Origin: a virus
Lineage: Duplodnaviria; Caudoviricetes
Length of the DNA stretch: 64,000 nucleotides
Virus record (IMG/VR): IMGVR_UViG_3300025789_000018
Reading direction: 5' to 3' (one strand)
Made by a program: the position numbers and the translations under genes. The notes below the pieces were generated by a model. The model did not search any database. It was not told the DNA's origin and saw only the letters and a program-made list of their open reading frames with translations. The number at the start of each line of letters is the position of its first letter. Within the stretch, counting starts at the first letter, position 1. Of this stretch, positions 36,936-47,909 are shown in pieces.

Positions 36936-37052
36936 TACATTTCCTGTTTCTATTATTTATACTTCTAGTTAGGCATACTGAATACGTATAGCAGGAATAT
37001 ATACCGTATTTGCAAAATACTACTTTGGTCTTTGGGATTGATTATAGTTGGA

Positions 37053-39041
37053 TTAAACAATAGCAGTGACAAATGTGTTATATGTATTTCCATCTAAACA
37101 AAAGTACTTTACATACATTAAATTGTGTGTACATAAGTAAAATGACTGCCCACCAGTTGCTTGTGTTCCTGATCTTAGACTATGATTGAACTGTTGAGTA
37201 CCACCAATATTATTAAAAATGAATAATTCAATTGATCTACCAGCACCTGAACTTAGATTCTGAATGTTAGCAGTCAATGTTGCACCATTAGTATGCACAT
37301 AAATAATATTATCAGAAGCAAAGTCAATTAACACAGTATTCGATATAGCGGCATCAATTCGTACATTTGGTGCTTTGTATGCAGTACTTTGTGTGGTGTT
37401 ATCAGGGAAAGTAATGCCTGCATTTGCTTCAAGCGTAATATTGTTTGCTAACGTGTTTCCGTATATTGCCACGTTGCCTGAGAATGTAGCATTGTTAGAT
37501 GTTGTATTGCCTGTAACACTTAGATCGCCATATACATACGTATTATTTGCTGTAAATGCTCCATTTACTGTAGTTGCGTTTGATGTCATTAACATCGTTA
37601 CAGTAACTGTATTAGTTCCTAGTGGTGTTGTCCAAAATCTTAATGACGACCCTTGGTTTGCTACAGAGAAGTTTTCCGCTGTAACAAAGTCGATCCTTGC
37701 TGTTCCAGTAGAAGGAAATCCTGCGCCATCATATCCATTACCGCTAATACGTAAGATAACATCATTTGATGCTAAAGAAGTAGGTGCGCTGATTGTTCCT
37801 CTTGATGTTCTGCCAGCAATAGAGTTGTATACACCATTACCATAAGTGTCCATAACAAGACGATTGCTGACATTCGCAGAGTTGATAGCATACATCGTCA
37901 CACCAGGATCAGTAAATCCTTGTGGAGTTCCTAGCTGTGACTGAATGGTGAATGGTGCAGCGTTGGTTTGTGTGATAGGATTGATAATCTGTAGATTATT
38001 ACGGATTGTTGTTAATCCGTTGTTAGCCACTTCAAATGCAGATACAGCAGCATTTGCTACAGAGTTACCGATGTCTAGCGTTCTTTGGATTATGATTCTA
38101 CCGCCGTCACCAGGAGAACCGATAGTAAAGTCGTGTTGAGCATCAGCTAGTCTGATGGTATAGTTCTGTAGAATAACACCACCAGCATTGAAGCCAGCGT
38201 TTGCGTTAAATGTGGTGTTAGATCCTGAACCTTGTGTGATATAGAATACTTGATTCGCGAGAGACAGAACTTGGTCAGGTCCACCAAGAGTATCAGAGAA
38301 AGTGATAGAGTTAGAACCAACCCACAAAGATTCCCAACGATTGGTGTTGTTTCCTAGAGAATGGGCTAGTGAAACATCGGGATTTATACTTGAAGGTATG
38401 TGTAACCAATCAACCGCAGTTGTAACATTAGCGAACAAAAAGTTATTGGTACTTGAACTGTAACTTAGAAAATAGTTATTGACAAAAGTTGACTTGTCGA
38501 TGTCATCTAGATAGCGAAGATTGACTTCACCACCGCCTCCCATTTGTGACATGCGGGATGCAAATGAATGTAGATCAGTGATCGACTGTTTCATTTGCTG
38601 GATTTCAGCACGAACAGGATCAACCTTGACTACTTCTGGTCCTTCAGACTTCTTTGCAGTCTTAGTGATTGTGTCTGCCACTTTGTTTATGAAACTATCA
38701 GGCAATACAGGCTGTGGTTGTACTGGAGTAGCCTGAGAGTTAGGAACAGTGACTTCTCTAGAGTTAGCGTTCTTTATGTCAGCAAATGTATCTTCAACGA
38801 CAATAGGCTCCACAAACTCTTCCATGCTATCAACAAGAGAGTTGTGAAGTGTTTCGTTTTGCTTTTCCGTTGGTTTGATTTGGATGCCAAGTAGAGCATT
38901 CTCAAACTGTTCTAATAGTTTGCGCTCTTTCTCTTTCTTTGCAGCCGCTTCTTCAATCTGCTTAAATGCACTTTCTGAAACTTCTGGATTGCCCAGAAGT
39001 CTAGATAGATTATTCAGAAGTTTTTTCTCTTTCTCATTCAC
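37053..39041 (-). CDS. Virion structural protein (fibre-like C-terminal part)
   Basis: GGGGEVNLRYLDD motif; T/N/G/S-rich C-terminal half. Confidence 0.65.
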   Translation of the reverse strand: MNEKEKKLLNNLSRLLGNPEVSESAFKQIEEAAAKKEKERKLLEQFENALLGIQIKPTEKQNETLHNSLVDSMEEFVEPIVVEDTFADIKNANSREVTVPNSQATPVQPQPVLPDSFINKVADTITKTAKKSEGPEVVKVDPVRAEIQQMKQSITDLHSFASRMSQMGGGGEVNLRYLDDIDKSTFVNNYFLSYSSSTNNFLFANVTTAVDWLHIPSSINPDVSLAHSLGNNTNRWESLWVGSNSITFSDTLGGPDQVLSLANQVFYITQGSGSNTTFNANAGFNAGGVILQNYTIRLADAQHDFTIGSPGDGGRIIIQRTLDIGNSVANAAVSAFEVANNGLTTIRNNLQIINPITQTNAAPFTIQSQLGTPQGFTDPGVTMYAINSANVSNRLVMDTYGNGVYNSIAGRTSRGTISAPTSLASNDVILRISGNGYDGAGFPSTGTARIDFVTAENFSVANQGSSLRFWTTPLGTNTVTVTMLMTSNATTVNGAFTANNTYVYGDLSVTGNTTSNNATFSGNVAIYGNTLANNITLEANAGITFPDNTTQSTAYKAPNVRIDAAISNTVLIDFASDNIIYVHTNGATLTANIQNLSSGAGRSIELFIFNNIGGTQQFNHSLRSGTQATGGQSFYLCTHNLMYVKYFCLDGNTYNTFVTAIV

Positions 39042-39043
39042 TA

Positions 39044-40177
39044 TTAATGCCCTGAACTTCCACTTTTACCAGGTGGTAATGATTTAATAGAACCGTCTGC
39101 CATACGAATAGGAACTTTTGATGAAAACACTTTCTTGCGTTTCCCTGTGGTTCCAAGTGATACTTCGATTTCCTCTTTGACTGCCTTTTTCTTGGCTTTG
39201 CGCTTCTCATTGCTGATGGCTGAGTCAATCGTCAATGGCTGTCCGATAGTACCAGTATTTATTTCGTCTTGATTTGGGCTTGCATCAGTTGCACCAGAGA
39301 TGCCATCGAAACCCATTTCAGAAAAAAGCGATTCTTTCATCGCCTTGAATGTCTTGGCTTTCTTGTAGCCTTTAGAGTTTGCATTCTTTGCTAGTGTATA
39401 GTTCTGACCACCACTAGCAGAAGCACCTGGGTCACCAGCATTCTCTGCTCCCCAACCACCTGAAGTGCCTTCACCGCCAATGCCTTCTTCATCGACATAA
39501 GCTTTCACCAACTTCATGGCTTTGCGGCGCTTCAGTTGCTTTGTGGTGTCTTTTGATTCGAGGTCTTTGTCTAGACCAATAGGCTTATCGTCTGAGTCAG
39601 CACGATCAAAAGGAATGTTGTATCGGGCACTTTCGTATGGATTTGTAGTCACGCCTGTTGTATCTCCTTGACTCTGATTGTTACCACCAAAAGTGGCATT
39701 AAGCCCCATGATCTGCTTATCTTTGTAGTTTGGTGCTTTCTTGTACTTCTTTGGCTTTACTTCTTCAAATTGATTTCGTGAACCTGCATTCTGTGGATTT
39801 GCTGGTCGTGCAGGATTGGTTCTAGAAGCATTAGCATAACCAATAGAACGTTGATGTAGTTGTCCAGCTTGAACCTGTTGCTTGTCATGCATAGTTTCTG
39901 CTTTGGCACGTTTCGCGGCCGCTTCAGCAGCACGTTTTGCATTATCGACAACGATCTTTGCGCCAAGTTTTGCTACTTTTGCTCGATCTTTGTTGCCGCC
40001 AATGTCCTTGTGGATAGACTGATTCTGATATGTGACGGCCCTCGATAATGTATTGACCGCCGGTTTACTTTGAAATCCTGGATTGTTGCCAATAGATCCA
40101 GTCTTTAGCATTGGTTTGGCACGATTATCTAATGGCTTATTCACCCTTGTAGGTGGTTTGATCGGCATTTTGTCCAT
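39044..40177 (-). CDS. Hypothetical basic/acidic late protein
   Basis: Long ORF in the late cluster. Confidence 0.6.
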   Translation of the reverse strand: MDKMPIKPPTRVNKPLDNRAKPMLKTGSIGNNPGFQSKPAVNTLSRAVTYQNQSIHKDIGGNKDRAKVAKLGAKIVVDNAKRAAEAAAKRAKAETMHDKQQVQAGQLHQRSIGYANASRTNPARPANPQNAGSRNQFEEVKPKKYKKAPNYKDKQIMGLNATFGGNNQSQGDTTGVTTNPYESARYNIPFDRADSDDKPIGLDKDLESKDTTKQLKRRKAMKLVKAYVDEEGIGGEGTSGGWGAENAGDPGASASGGQNYTLAKNANSKGYKKAKTFKAMKESLFSEMGFDGISGATDASPNQDEINTGTIGQPLTIDSAISNEKRKAKKKAVKEEIEVSLGTTGKRKKVFSSKVPIRMADGSIKSLPPGKSGSSGH

Positions 40178-40182
40178 GATTA

Positions 40183-40998
40183 TTACTTTCTTCTATGAAC
40201 CAAGCATCCTGTTCTGCCGCAGATATCACAGTCTTCCATGCTTTCTTTCAGACCCTTCTTGCCCTTACCAGCAGCCATGCCAGCGCGAACGTCATTATAC
40301 ATCTTTGTTCTTTGTTCTGGCTTCATTGCAGATGGCGCACCAGCTTCAAACTCTTTCTGGCGACCAGCACCAGCGTGTGCGCGCATGACCGATGCAGAGA
40401 TACCAGCAACGCCTTCAGCGTCTGGATCGCGATCACCAGACGAATGGATATTGATTGTCTTGAAGTTGTAGTATCCATGATTGCCATGAACACCATTGTA
40501 TTGGCCAAGCAATCTCTGATATTCTGGAATACGATCAGAACCAGCAACTAGATGTAGATCAGTAACACCATTCTCGTGTAGTTTTGATAAGTGGTGCATT
40601 AGTGTAGGATGCTCTTTATCTGTTACAGAAGTATTCACATCAGGGAAAGCAGCCTTAGCATGTTCTTCCTTTTGTGCTGGTGTCAATGGGTTCTTCTTTG
40701 GATCTTGTGATCGTGTAAGAACCATCGATGATGTGCCACCATTCTTCTTTGCTGTTTTTTTGACAACATCATATGCTGCTTCATGCCCAGCATGTGGTGG
40801 ATTTGCACGACCCCAGAACAGTGTATGATGCTTGCGAAACATATCAGGATCAGCAGCTTCGGTACGAAGTTGAACGTCTGGATTGATTAGAATCTGATTT
40901 GGCTGAGAACCAGTCATAGTTGCACCAGCTTGAATAGCAGACTGTGTGCCCTTGGCAGCTTCGATTCTCTTTGTAATCTTATCGTAAAAATCGCCCAT
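40183..40998 (-). CDS. Cytidylyltransferase-like (HIGH-motif) nucleotidyltransferase
   Basis: WGRANPPHAGH, LVAGSDR, ISASVMR; start trimmed to MGDFYDK. Confidence 0.8.
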   Translation of the reverse strand: MGDFYDKITKRIEAAKGTQSAIQAGATMTGSQPNQILINPDVQLRTEAADPDMFRKHHTLFWGRANPPHAGHEAAYDVVKKTAKKNGGTSSMVLTRSQDPKKNPLTPAQKEEHAKAAFPDVNTSVTDKEHPTLMHHLSKLHENGVTDLHLVAGSDRIPEYQRLLGQYNGVHGNHGYYNFKTINIHSSGDRDPDAEGVAGISASVMRAHAGAGRQKEFEAGAPSAMKPEQRTKMYNDVRAGMAAGKGKKGLKESMEDCDICGRTGCLVHRRK

Positions 40999-40999
40999 G

Positions 41000-42163
41000 T
41001 TATGATACCATCTTTGAGAGTTTGGGGGAAGCCTTGAGGATGGCACTTCTTGCACGATTCGCTTGACTGAAGCCACCTTCACCACGATCAACGATCTTTA
41101 GCCCGTTTGAAACGAAACCTTCTGGTCCAGTTTCTTTGCCTTCAATCGCGTGCCCATATCCGCCATGTGCAGACTTGGCCAATGCTCTTGCTAGAATGTT
41201 GGTAGCATTTTGAACGTGCCCATGAATCTTTAGCGACTTACCAAAAGACTTTGCATTCTCTTCAACGTGTTTCATTGCAGCATCGCGTTCGGCTGTCTTA
41301 GCTTCTTTGGTCTTTTGCATCTTAACAGCATCGATTTTCTTTTGATGAGAACGACCAAGATGCTCTTTATATCCTTCAACCGTAGGCTCTTCACCAGACG
41401 ATACTGTTGAGTTGATATAAGTGCGAAGTGGAATCTCGTGACCAGCTAAATGATCATAGGTGTGGTTCTTCATTAGCTTTTCAGCGCGGTCTAGATGTGT
41501 CAATGCTTGACGCTTTGCAACAGGATCAATGCCATGTTGTTCATCGTGTGATACTAGATGACTCACCATGTGAACGTCTGGATTCTCTTTAAACTCAGAA
41601 AGGTCCGTAACAGGATGTGCTTCCCTGTTCGGACCTGTAAGTTCGCTGTGAATAACTGTAGAGACTTTAGAGTTGCGAAGCTTCTGCCCCTCTTTCGTGT
41701 CTGTTGGTACAGAATATTCGATTGTGTTTGGTTGATGTGAGATACGACCATTTGAGATTGTTCTCATTGATGGATCGCTCATATAACCACCCTGCCACTC
41801 GCCTGGGCGATCAGGTAGGACTTTTGGTAGATGCTCTAGTAATAGCTTCAGAGGATGAGCAAGATATGGCTTGTGCCCATGCTGTGTATCGACATCTTCG
41901 CTGGTGAAGTTGTAATGCGAACCTTTGCCCTTGTATTTTACACCAACGCGACCATCAGGAGTCTTGATGACATTGTATGACATCTTATCGTCAATCTTAC
42001 GTGAGATTGGAGCAGTTCCTGTTGCTGCACCACGTAGCGTGTCTACCGCATGTTTTGCTGCTTCTGGTCCATCGAAAGTTCTGTCTGACGGATGCTCAAT
42101 ATGTTGGATACCACCGATGTGTTCTACTGCTTCTGATAAGAATGATAGGAAGTTGATCATCAT
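41000..42163 (-). CDS. Conserved T4-like protein (DUF6267-like, ligase-fold-like motifs)
   Basis: IQHIEHPSD..KIDD..EGFV..KIVDR..FSQAN; late promoter 42190-42197. Confidence 0.65.
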   Translation of the reverse strand: MMINFLSFLSEAVEHIGGIQHIEHPSDRTFDGPEAAKHAVDTLRGAATGTAPISRKIDDKMSYNVIKTPDGRVGVKYKGKGSHYNFTSEDVDTQHGHKPYLAHPLKLLLEHLPKVLPDRPGEWQGGYMSDPSMRTISNGRISHQPNTIEYSVPTDTKEGQKLRNSKVSTVIHSELTGPNREAHPVTDLSEFKENPDVHMVSHLVSHDEQHGIDPVAKRQALTHLDRAEKLMKNHTYDHLAGHEIPLRTYINSTVSSGEEPTVEGYKEHLGRSHQKKIDAVKMQKTKEAKTAERDAAMKHVEENAKSFGKSLKIHGHVQNATNILARALAKSAHGGYGHAIEGKETGPEGFVSNGLKIVDRGEGGFSQANRARSAILKASPKLSKMVS

Positions 42164-42192
42164 TATGCCTTGATTGCTGGATTATGTTGTAT

Positions 42193-42936
42193 TTATATAA
42201 AGCAAGACAAGTTAAGTTTGTTCTCTTGTATCTTTACTGACTTACCATCAACAGGCGCAATGTTGTAAGTAGACTTTGATGATATAGAGAACTGCATTTC
42301 AAAAGTAAACTGATAGTTATCAGATCCCTTATATTGAACTCTTGCTCTATATGTTGCTTTTGCTGAAGAACCAAATCTTGGAACATCTTTTAGTCCTAAT
42401 GGATTTCTAGATCCCATCAGATAAAATCCGTGTGTTCCCACATTAACATAGTATGTGTTTTTCTTATTATAATACTGTTCGATTTTACTGGCAGGTATTT
42501 CGCCCCTTATATCTTTGAAGGTGTCGCGGTCTCTTTCGTATACTTGCTTCTTTGATAGTTTACCGGCAGTGGCCATCCAGAGAGCATCTTTGTCTCTTTT
42601 ATAAGGAACTTCTTTCCAATATTGTTTGATTAGATCGAAAAGTTTAATATCATTTGCTAGATTTTTTATGAAAATCTTTTCTTCATCTTGCTCAGATATA
42701 TCAGAAAAACCCCAAGGATTTGATTTATTGTTTGAGTTGTACTTTAAAACCAAAGAACCAGCCGATGCAGCAGAAATCTTCAACTCACATCCTGCTTCTT
42801 TACCTTTATAGAGAAGCATTAGATCGGGTTGATTGTGTCCGGCACCGGCTGGTCTGAAGTTACTAGGCACAAATCCATATTTTTTCAACAGATCACATGC
42901 ATTTATTTCGTATTGAAATCCCTGTTGGGCCACCAT
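42193..42936 (-). CDS. PD-(D/E)XK-like nuclease
   Basis: GFQYE..QPDLML..GCELK. Confidence 0.5.
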   Translation of the reverse strand: MVAQQGFQYEINACDLLKKYGFVPSNFRPAGAGHNQPDLMLLYKGKEAGCELKISAASAGSLVLKYNSNNKSNPWGFSDISEQDEEKIFIKNLANDIKLFDLIKQYWKEVPYKRDKDALWMATAGKLSKKQVYERDRDTFKDIRGEIPASKIEQYYNKKNTYYVNVGTHGFYLMGSRNPLGLKDVPRFGSSAKATYRARVQYKGSDNYQFTFEMQFSISSKSTYNIAPVDGKSVKIQENKLNLSCFI

Positions 42937-42958
42937 GTCATTCTCCTTTTAGGAGTAT

Positions 42959-43495
42959 TTATGACATCCAATCTGGTGCATCACGCTTAGTCCACTTGTG
43001 AAGATTTGCTTTACCAATCTTGTAGTATTCGCGATAGTTCAATACAGGATCATCTGACACTTTGTATTCGTCTGGCATACAGCAAGGCATTGGAGTCCAG
43101 TCCCATTCTTTCAACTTGTAAGGTGGAGACTGCAACTGATAACCAAGCTTTTCGATTGTCGAATGCTTCTTGCCGTAACGATAAGTGTACTCATCACCAA
43201 GAGCAAACATGTGGTCAACAAGCCAGTTGTAGTTTTCTACCGACTGTCGCACCCACACAGCAGAAGGGTGATTGATATGACTAGCAGAATACAAAACATC
43301 TTGACGACCATCATTTAATCGCCAACGCTTTGCTTTACGACCAGTTTTAGATTCACCAACATACTCATCACCGTCAAGAATGCGATGTGCAGTAGACAAC
43401 AGTTGTGCCGTCTCAACGATCATCTTGACGCAATGTTTATCAACAAGACATTGTGCAGCGATGATGGGATCTTGATCCACATAGAAGATATTCAC
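42959..43495 (-). CDS. Pyrimidine-dimer DNA glycosylase (DenV-like)
   Basis: MNIFYVD...DKHCVKMIVETAQLLSTAH..NHPSAVW. Confidence 0.8.
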   Translation of the reverse strand: MNIFYVDQDPIIAAQCLVDKHCVKMIVETAQLLSTAHRILDGDEYVGESKTGRKAKRWRLNDGRQDVLYSASHINHPSAVWVRQSVENYNWLVDHMFALGDEYTYRYGKKHSTIEKLGYQLQSPPYKLKEWDWTPMPCCMPDEYKVSDDPVLNYREYYKIGKANLHKWTKRDAPDWMS

Positions 43496-44012
43496 TTACA
43501 GAGACCTTTCGTACATCTTGTATACGCAATGTGTAACAAAAATAAACCAAACTGTCAAGAGAAAAGGCAGGGCGATATCAGGATATTTGAAGCACAATAA
43601 AAAAACAAGAACCATAGCAATGATGAACAACCAAAACTTTATGGTTGCAAGTGCTGCTTTCTTATTGATCTTCATCATACTTCCAGTCACCGTTCTCATC
43701 TGTGTAACCATACTGTTCAAGCAGAAATGCTGCGTCTTCAGGATCACCACCGGTGATTAAGCAATAGATAGCATAAGCCAGTTCGACAGCTTCTCCAGTT
43801 TTCGCAAGAGCGATATCTAGTGTTTTATCAGAAAAGTTATCAGGCATCTGGTGGTTCCTCGCCTACTTCTGCATTACGGGAACAATATTTGTGAACCTTC
43901 TCTTCATCGTATTCTGGGCACCAAGTTTTAAAGTATAGTCGCCAGCGATTATAAAGTGCCTTCTCTTGTGAGGTTGGCTTACGCACATGCAACATTTCTG
44001 ACCAGTCAATCA

Positions 44013-44630
44013 TTAGTTTGGTCCACTTCCATTACCCCAAGCCCTAGCAACAGGTGCATAACCAGTATCAGCCCAACGCTTCTGAATACGTGCTTCCACT
44101 TCTTCAAAAGACAGCGGTTCATAGTTGGTGTGTTCAACAGAGACACACAGGTAGCGAGGATCAGGTTCACGCGCCAGCGTATTCATGGCATTTAGTGGAC
44201 GCCACTGCACCTCATTCGCATGAAGGTGTCCATGCACATTGACACGGAATCGACCAGACACACAATCAGGATGCAGCGGAATATGGCTCAAAATGAACTG
44301 GTCCACAAACACCCGAACACCATACAGTGTATCAAAGCCAACATCACGGTAATCCTGATTCTTAAAGATATCATGATTGCCGAGAATCAAACGCTTCTTA
44401 CCGTTCAGGCGCTTGACATGATGCAACGACTTGCGATTGATAACAACATCGCCCAGATGATACACCGTGTCATTAGGACCGACCTTAGCGTTCCAACGCT
44501 CTACCATCGCTTCATCCATTTCCTCAGTGGAAGTGAACGAGCGCAGCGGATCGCCGTTTGGTAGCTTGAACTTTTCCCACGAGTTGGTGTGCCCAAAGTG
44601 AGTGTCAGAGATTACAAAACGATTGGACAT
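44013..44630 (-). CDS. Calcineurin-like metallophosphoesterase
   Basis: SDTHFGH, HLGD, GNHD, LSHIP, HGHLH. Confidence 0.9.
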   Translation of the reverse strand: MSNRFVISDTHFGHTNSWEKFKLPNGDPLRSFTSTEEMDEAMVERWNAKVGPNDTVYHLGDVVINRKSLHHVKRLNGKKRLILGNHDIFKNQDYRDVGFDTLYGVRVFVDQFILSHIPLHPDCVSGRFRVNVHGHLHANEVQWRPLNAMNTLAREPDPRYLCVSVEHTNYEPLSFEEVEARIQKRWADTGYAPVARAWGNGSGPN

Positions 44631-44850
44631 ATTTTATACTCAATGAATAAGGTGATAGTTGTTTATCACAACAAGTCCGCCAGAAACAGACAGAATCAGA
44701 AACAGAATCTTGAGGCTCAAGTTAAACAAATCTCCTCGACGCCAAATGATGAACATAAAAATATTGACGATAACTGAGGCGATAATATAGAAATCAAACA
44801 TTGTCAGTCTCCTTGTTACTCATTCCTTATAACTCAGATCCGAAAAAATG

Positions 44851-45336
44851 TCAAGAAGAAATATCGATTTTAGAAAATCCCTCAGACAATGTTGGCTGTT
44901 GCATAGATTGTACCATACTGTCAAGAACAGTTTGGGGAATGTTTTTGCCAGGGCGACTGTTCAACCTACGTTCCCATTCTTCTTTCTCAGGAGTAGGAAA
45001 CACAACCGCTTCAATCTCATAACCATGATTAGGATGAAAGTTCTTAAGACGATCAAAGAACTTCTTACGAACCTTAGCGTTCAGGTTGGTACGATCAATA
45101 ACAATGGGATACTGCTTTGTTTCCACAGCACGATCAAACTCTTCCCACATGATACGTTCAGCAGCTTTGATGCTGTTAGCCCAAACATCATTATAGGTCT
45201 TGCCTGCGGCTTCTGCGATTTCTTCAACAATGTTATCGGTAGAGATAACAACACATTCGCCTTGAAACTCTTTTTCAATCCAAGTGGACTTGCCAGAAGC
45301 AGGAACACCAACGAGCATGATAATACGCTTAGTCAT
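44851..45336 (-). CDS. Polynucleotide-kinase-like P-loop protein (AAA_33)
   Basis: GVPASGKST, STD, IDRTN..R. Confidence 0.8.
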   Translation of the reverse strand: MTKRIIMLVGVPASGKSTWIEKEFQGECVVISTDNIVEEIAEAAGKTYNDVWANSIKAAERIMWEEFDRAVETKQYPIVIDRTNLNAKVRKKFFDRLKNFHPNHGYEIEAVVFPTPEKEEWERRLNSRPGKNIPQTVLDSMVQSMQQPTLSEGFSKIDISS

Positions 45337-45392
45337 CTCGAATCACTCCATCTATCTGCTACATTTTCAATATAGCTGATTATGAAAAAATG

Positions 45393-45536
45393 TCAATCGT
45401 TATTTTCCAACCGCTGCTTGATGGCAGCAATCACATCATCAAGGCATTCGTGCGAATCGGTGCCGTCTAACTCAAGCATGGCCTTTGCCCAATCAAGGTC
45501 ATCAAGCGCCATTTCCAAAAGTTCACGATCAGTCAT
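45393..45536 (-). CDS. Small hypothetical protein (47 aa, not in ORF track)
   Basis: Hand translation MTDRELLEMALDDL...; coupled to the ligase stop. Confidence 0.5.
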   Translation of the reverse strand: MTDRELLEMALDDLDWAKAMLELDGTDSHECLDDVIAAIKQRLENND

Positions 45537-46782
45537 TGTACTTCACTCCCGGAAACCAAGCATCACGGATCGCTTCATACTTTGCCGTGCGACCAAGGTT
45601 ATTACGGATCGTTTTGCGAACGTCTTCGCCAATCTTCAGACCACTGATAATGTCGTTATCAAAGTTCTTGAAAATAATAGGACGAATGAAAGCATCAACA
45701 CCAACACTGTGCTTCGGATCGATTGCAAACGTTTTACGATCAATACCACGCTCACGGAGATATTCCAGCTTCATACCAATCAGCCTTACGCGACGGGCAA
45801 TATCAAAATGAATATTGCTCTCAAACTGAGTCAGCCGATCACGATCTTCGGCAGGCAGATGAGCCTTGATGTCATCCAGCTTTTCTTCCAGAATCAGTTC
45901 AACGATGTTGCGATCTTGCAGGATAGCTTCCTTCGCCTTGTGAATCTGGAGATACCAATGGCACTTCAACTTCAACATATGACCATCATCAAAACGAACC
46001 ACGAACCCTTCAAGGTCTTCCAGATCGTGGACGTATTCAAGGAAAGCCTTCATATCATTCTGTTCACCATAGTTAGTGAACTCAAATGCACGGACGACAG
46101 GGATATCCCAATCTTCAACATGCAATCGGTTGATACGACCATCACCGAACAGTTTGATATATTCGCCAGTATGCATATCGCGAAGAGCGGTGAGGATCAG
46201 TTGATCTTCCTTGTAGTCCAGAACAATGCGCTGCTTACGCGAACACCATTCAAAGATAGGAGTTACACCGTTGGCAATGCAGGAAGTAGCAAACTTCTCA
46301 TACTGAGGTTTGTTCTTGACGAACTCCTCAACAGGCTTTGCCACGTCGGTAGCACCCATCTTCGTGCCCCAGATCATTTGACCATTCACAATGAACGGAG
46401 CGATCATGGAACCATCCAGCTTCTCAAGGATAGCATGAGGGCGCGACAGATCAATGACATGATCCTGCGTCTCCTCACGCTCGTTCACATTGAAGAACTT
46501 ATGGAACGGGCGACGAATGATATAACCAGTTTCAGTATCAAAGATGATACCACGACATTCACGACGGATTGCTGCGGTGGGATCGTACTCACCAAAAGCA
46601 ATACGATTGAGAGGCTCCTGCCACTTCATATCAACTGGCACATCAGGAAACGTATCGGACATCATCACGTTGTAGTTGATGACCGTGTAGCCTTCCTTCT
46701 CAGCCACAACGAACTCGTAACGACCTTCAATAGCAGGCAGCACATCAGCGATGTTGGTGATGTGAGGAAACTCATAGTTCAT
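45529..46782 (-). CDS. rnlA: RNA ligase 1 (T4 RnlA-like)
   Basis: ECRGIIF..FHKFFN, EKLDGS, TPIFEW, EGFVV, KLK. Confidence 0.88.
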   Translation of the reverse strand: MNYEFPHITNIADVLPAIEGRYEFVVAEKEGYTVINYNVMMSDTFPDVPVDMKWQEPLNRIAFGEYDPTAAIRRECRGIIFDTETGYIIRRPFHKFFNVNEREETQDHVIDLSRPHAILEKLDGSMIAPFIVNGQMIWGTKMGATDVAKPVEEFVKNKPQYEKFATSCIANGVTPIFEWCSRKQRIVLDYKEDQLILTALRDMHTGEYIKLFGDGRINRLHVEDWDIPVVRAFEFTNYGEQNDMKAFLEYVHDLEDLEGFVVRFDDGHMLKLKCHWYLQIHKAKEAILQDRNIVELILEEKLDDIKAHLPAEDRDRLTQFESNIHFDIARRVRLIGMKLEYLRERGIDRKTFAIDPKHSVGVDAFIRPIIFKNFDNDIISGLKIGEDVRKTIRNNLGRTAKYEAIRDAWFPGVKYND

Positions 46783-46835
46783 TGTTCAATCTTTCACTCT
46801 GCTACATTCTCACCATACACGATTCGTATTAAATG

Positions 46836-47909
46836 TCAAGAGGCATTATACCGCTGGATATACCATGGGCGTGCTACATTCGCAATAGCAGATCCCAGCT
46901 TCTTGGTATCAATCTGATTCGCAACGATGGTATCAGCTTCTTCCTTGACGACATCATTGTAGACCCAACGGATAAAATCGCCGAGAGACTTCATATCAAA
47001 GGGCAGCAGTTGTTCGCGAACCAGATTGTCTAGACCCTGTTCAAGACGCGATTCAGTGACAACTGATTCGATGAAAGCCTTCATGTTCTCTACTGCTTCA
47101 ACATCAACAGCAGCAAGAGTCTTGACCTTCGAAGAAGAATGCTTTTCGCCCTTGACTTTAAACCAAGTGCCCGAGTCGTTATAACCAGGAGTGACGCAAG
47201 TCCACACAACACCTTCGCCAATGCCGCTAACACCAAAGTGCTTACCGACAGGGCATTCGGCTTCAACAGCTTCCGTGATTTCGATCATCTTGTTCTGAGC
47301 GATTTCAGGAAAGTTGAAGTCAATGTCGATTTCGTAGGTAGGAAACTCATTGATCCAGTAAATATTAGGGACAGCCCGTTGACTCACTTCAATGAAACTT
47401 GGCATGTTTGCCCAGACAGAATCATCATCTGCATACATTTCTTTATATGCAAACACAACAAACATCTTGTCCAGACCAGTAAGAGCAACACCCTTTTGGA
47501 TATTACCACCGCACCATTCACCAAACAAAACTAGTTTTGTTGGCATTTTATTGGTCTTGCGCGGAGCAAACTGTTCCATAAGACCGTTGTGGAAACATGC
47601 TTCAAAATACTGAATAAAGATTGATTCGTGACTCTTAGCCCAAAGCATGAAGCCAGCATTGTCAGAAGTCAGCGACAGTTCACGTTCACGCGACTGATAG
47701 CTAATAGTGTCGGTGGCAACGTCATACACGATACCCGCGTTGGTACCATGCAGCTTGACAGTACCACGAAACTTCAGCGTAGGAAGCGGGCGAGAATGAT
47801 CATACACAGCATTGCCATCAGCATCCTTGCCAGCATACCGCGTATGGTTCTTGACATGATGAATCGTGGAACGGAACTGTTCAATAGAGGGAAACCTAAT
47901 CAAGTGCAA
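46836..47909 (-). CDS. RNA ligase 2 (Rnl2 family)
   Basis: KLHGTN, QSR, FGEW, GEGVV, KVK; probable TTG start after AAGGAG. Confidence 0.85.
   Translation of the reverse strand: MHLIRFPSIEQFRSTIHHVKNHTRYAGKDADGNAVYDHSRPLPTLKFRGTVKLHGTNAGIVYDVATDTISYQSRERELSLTSDNAGFMLWAKSHESIFIQYFEACFHNGLMEQFAPRKTNKMPTKLVLFGEWCGGNIQKGVALTGLDKMFVVFAYKEMYADDDSVWANMPSFIEVSQRAVPNIYWINEFPTYEIDIDFNFPEIAQNKMIEITEAVEAECPVGKHFGVSGIGEGVVWTCVTPGYNDSGTWFKVKGEKHSSSKVKTLAAVDVEAVENMKAFIESVVTESRLEQGLDNLVREQLLPFDMKSLGDFIRWVYNDVVKEEADTIVANQIDTKKLGSAIANVARPWYIQRYNAS

Noticed and set aside
36962-37052. Possible read-through extension (YFANTVYIPAIRIQYA) after the 37053 gene, or stop-codon recoding
   Set aside because: Two different in-frame stops (TAA, TAG) intervene, and all core genes in the window are intact under the standard code, so there is no support for recoding.
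45382-46917. Long plus-strand ORFs (511 aa here; also 6183-6662, 13608-14390, 37375-37845 and many shorter ones)
   Set aside because: They lie exactly antisense to well-supported genes, have no promoter, SD or recognisable motifs, and are best explained as shadow frames of codon bias.
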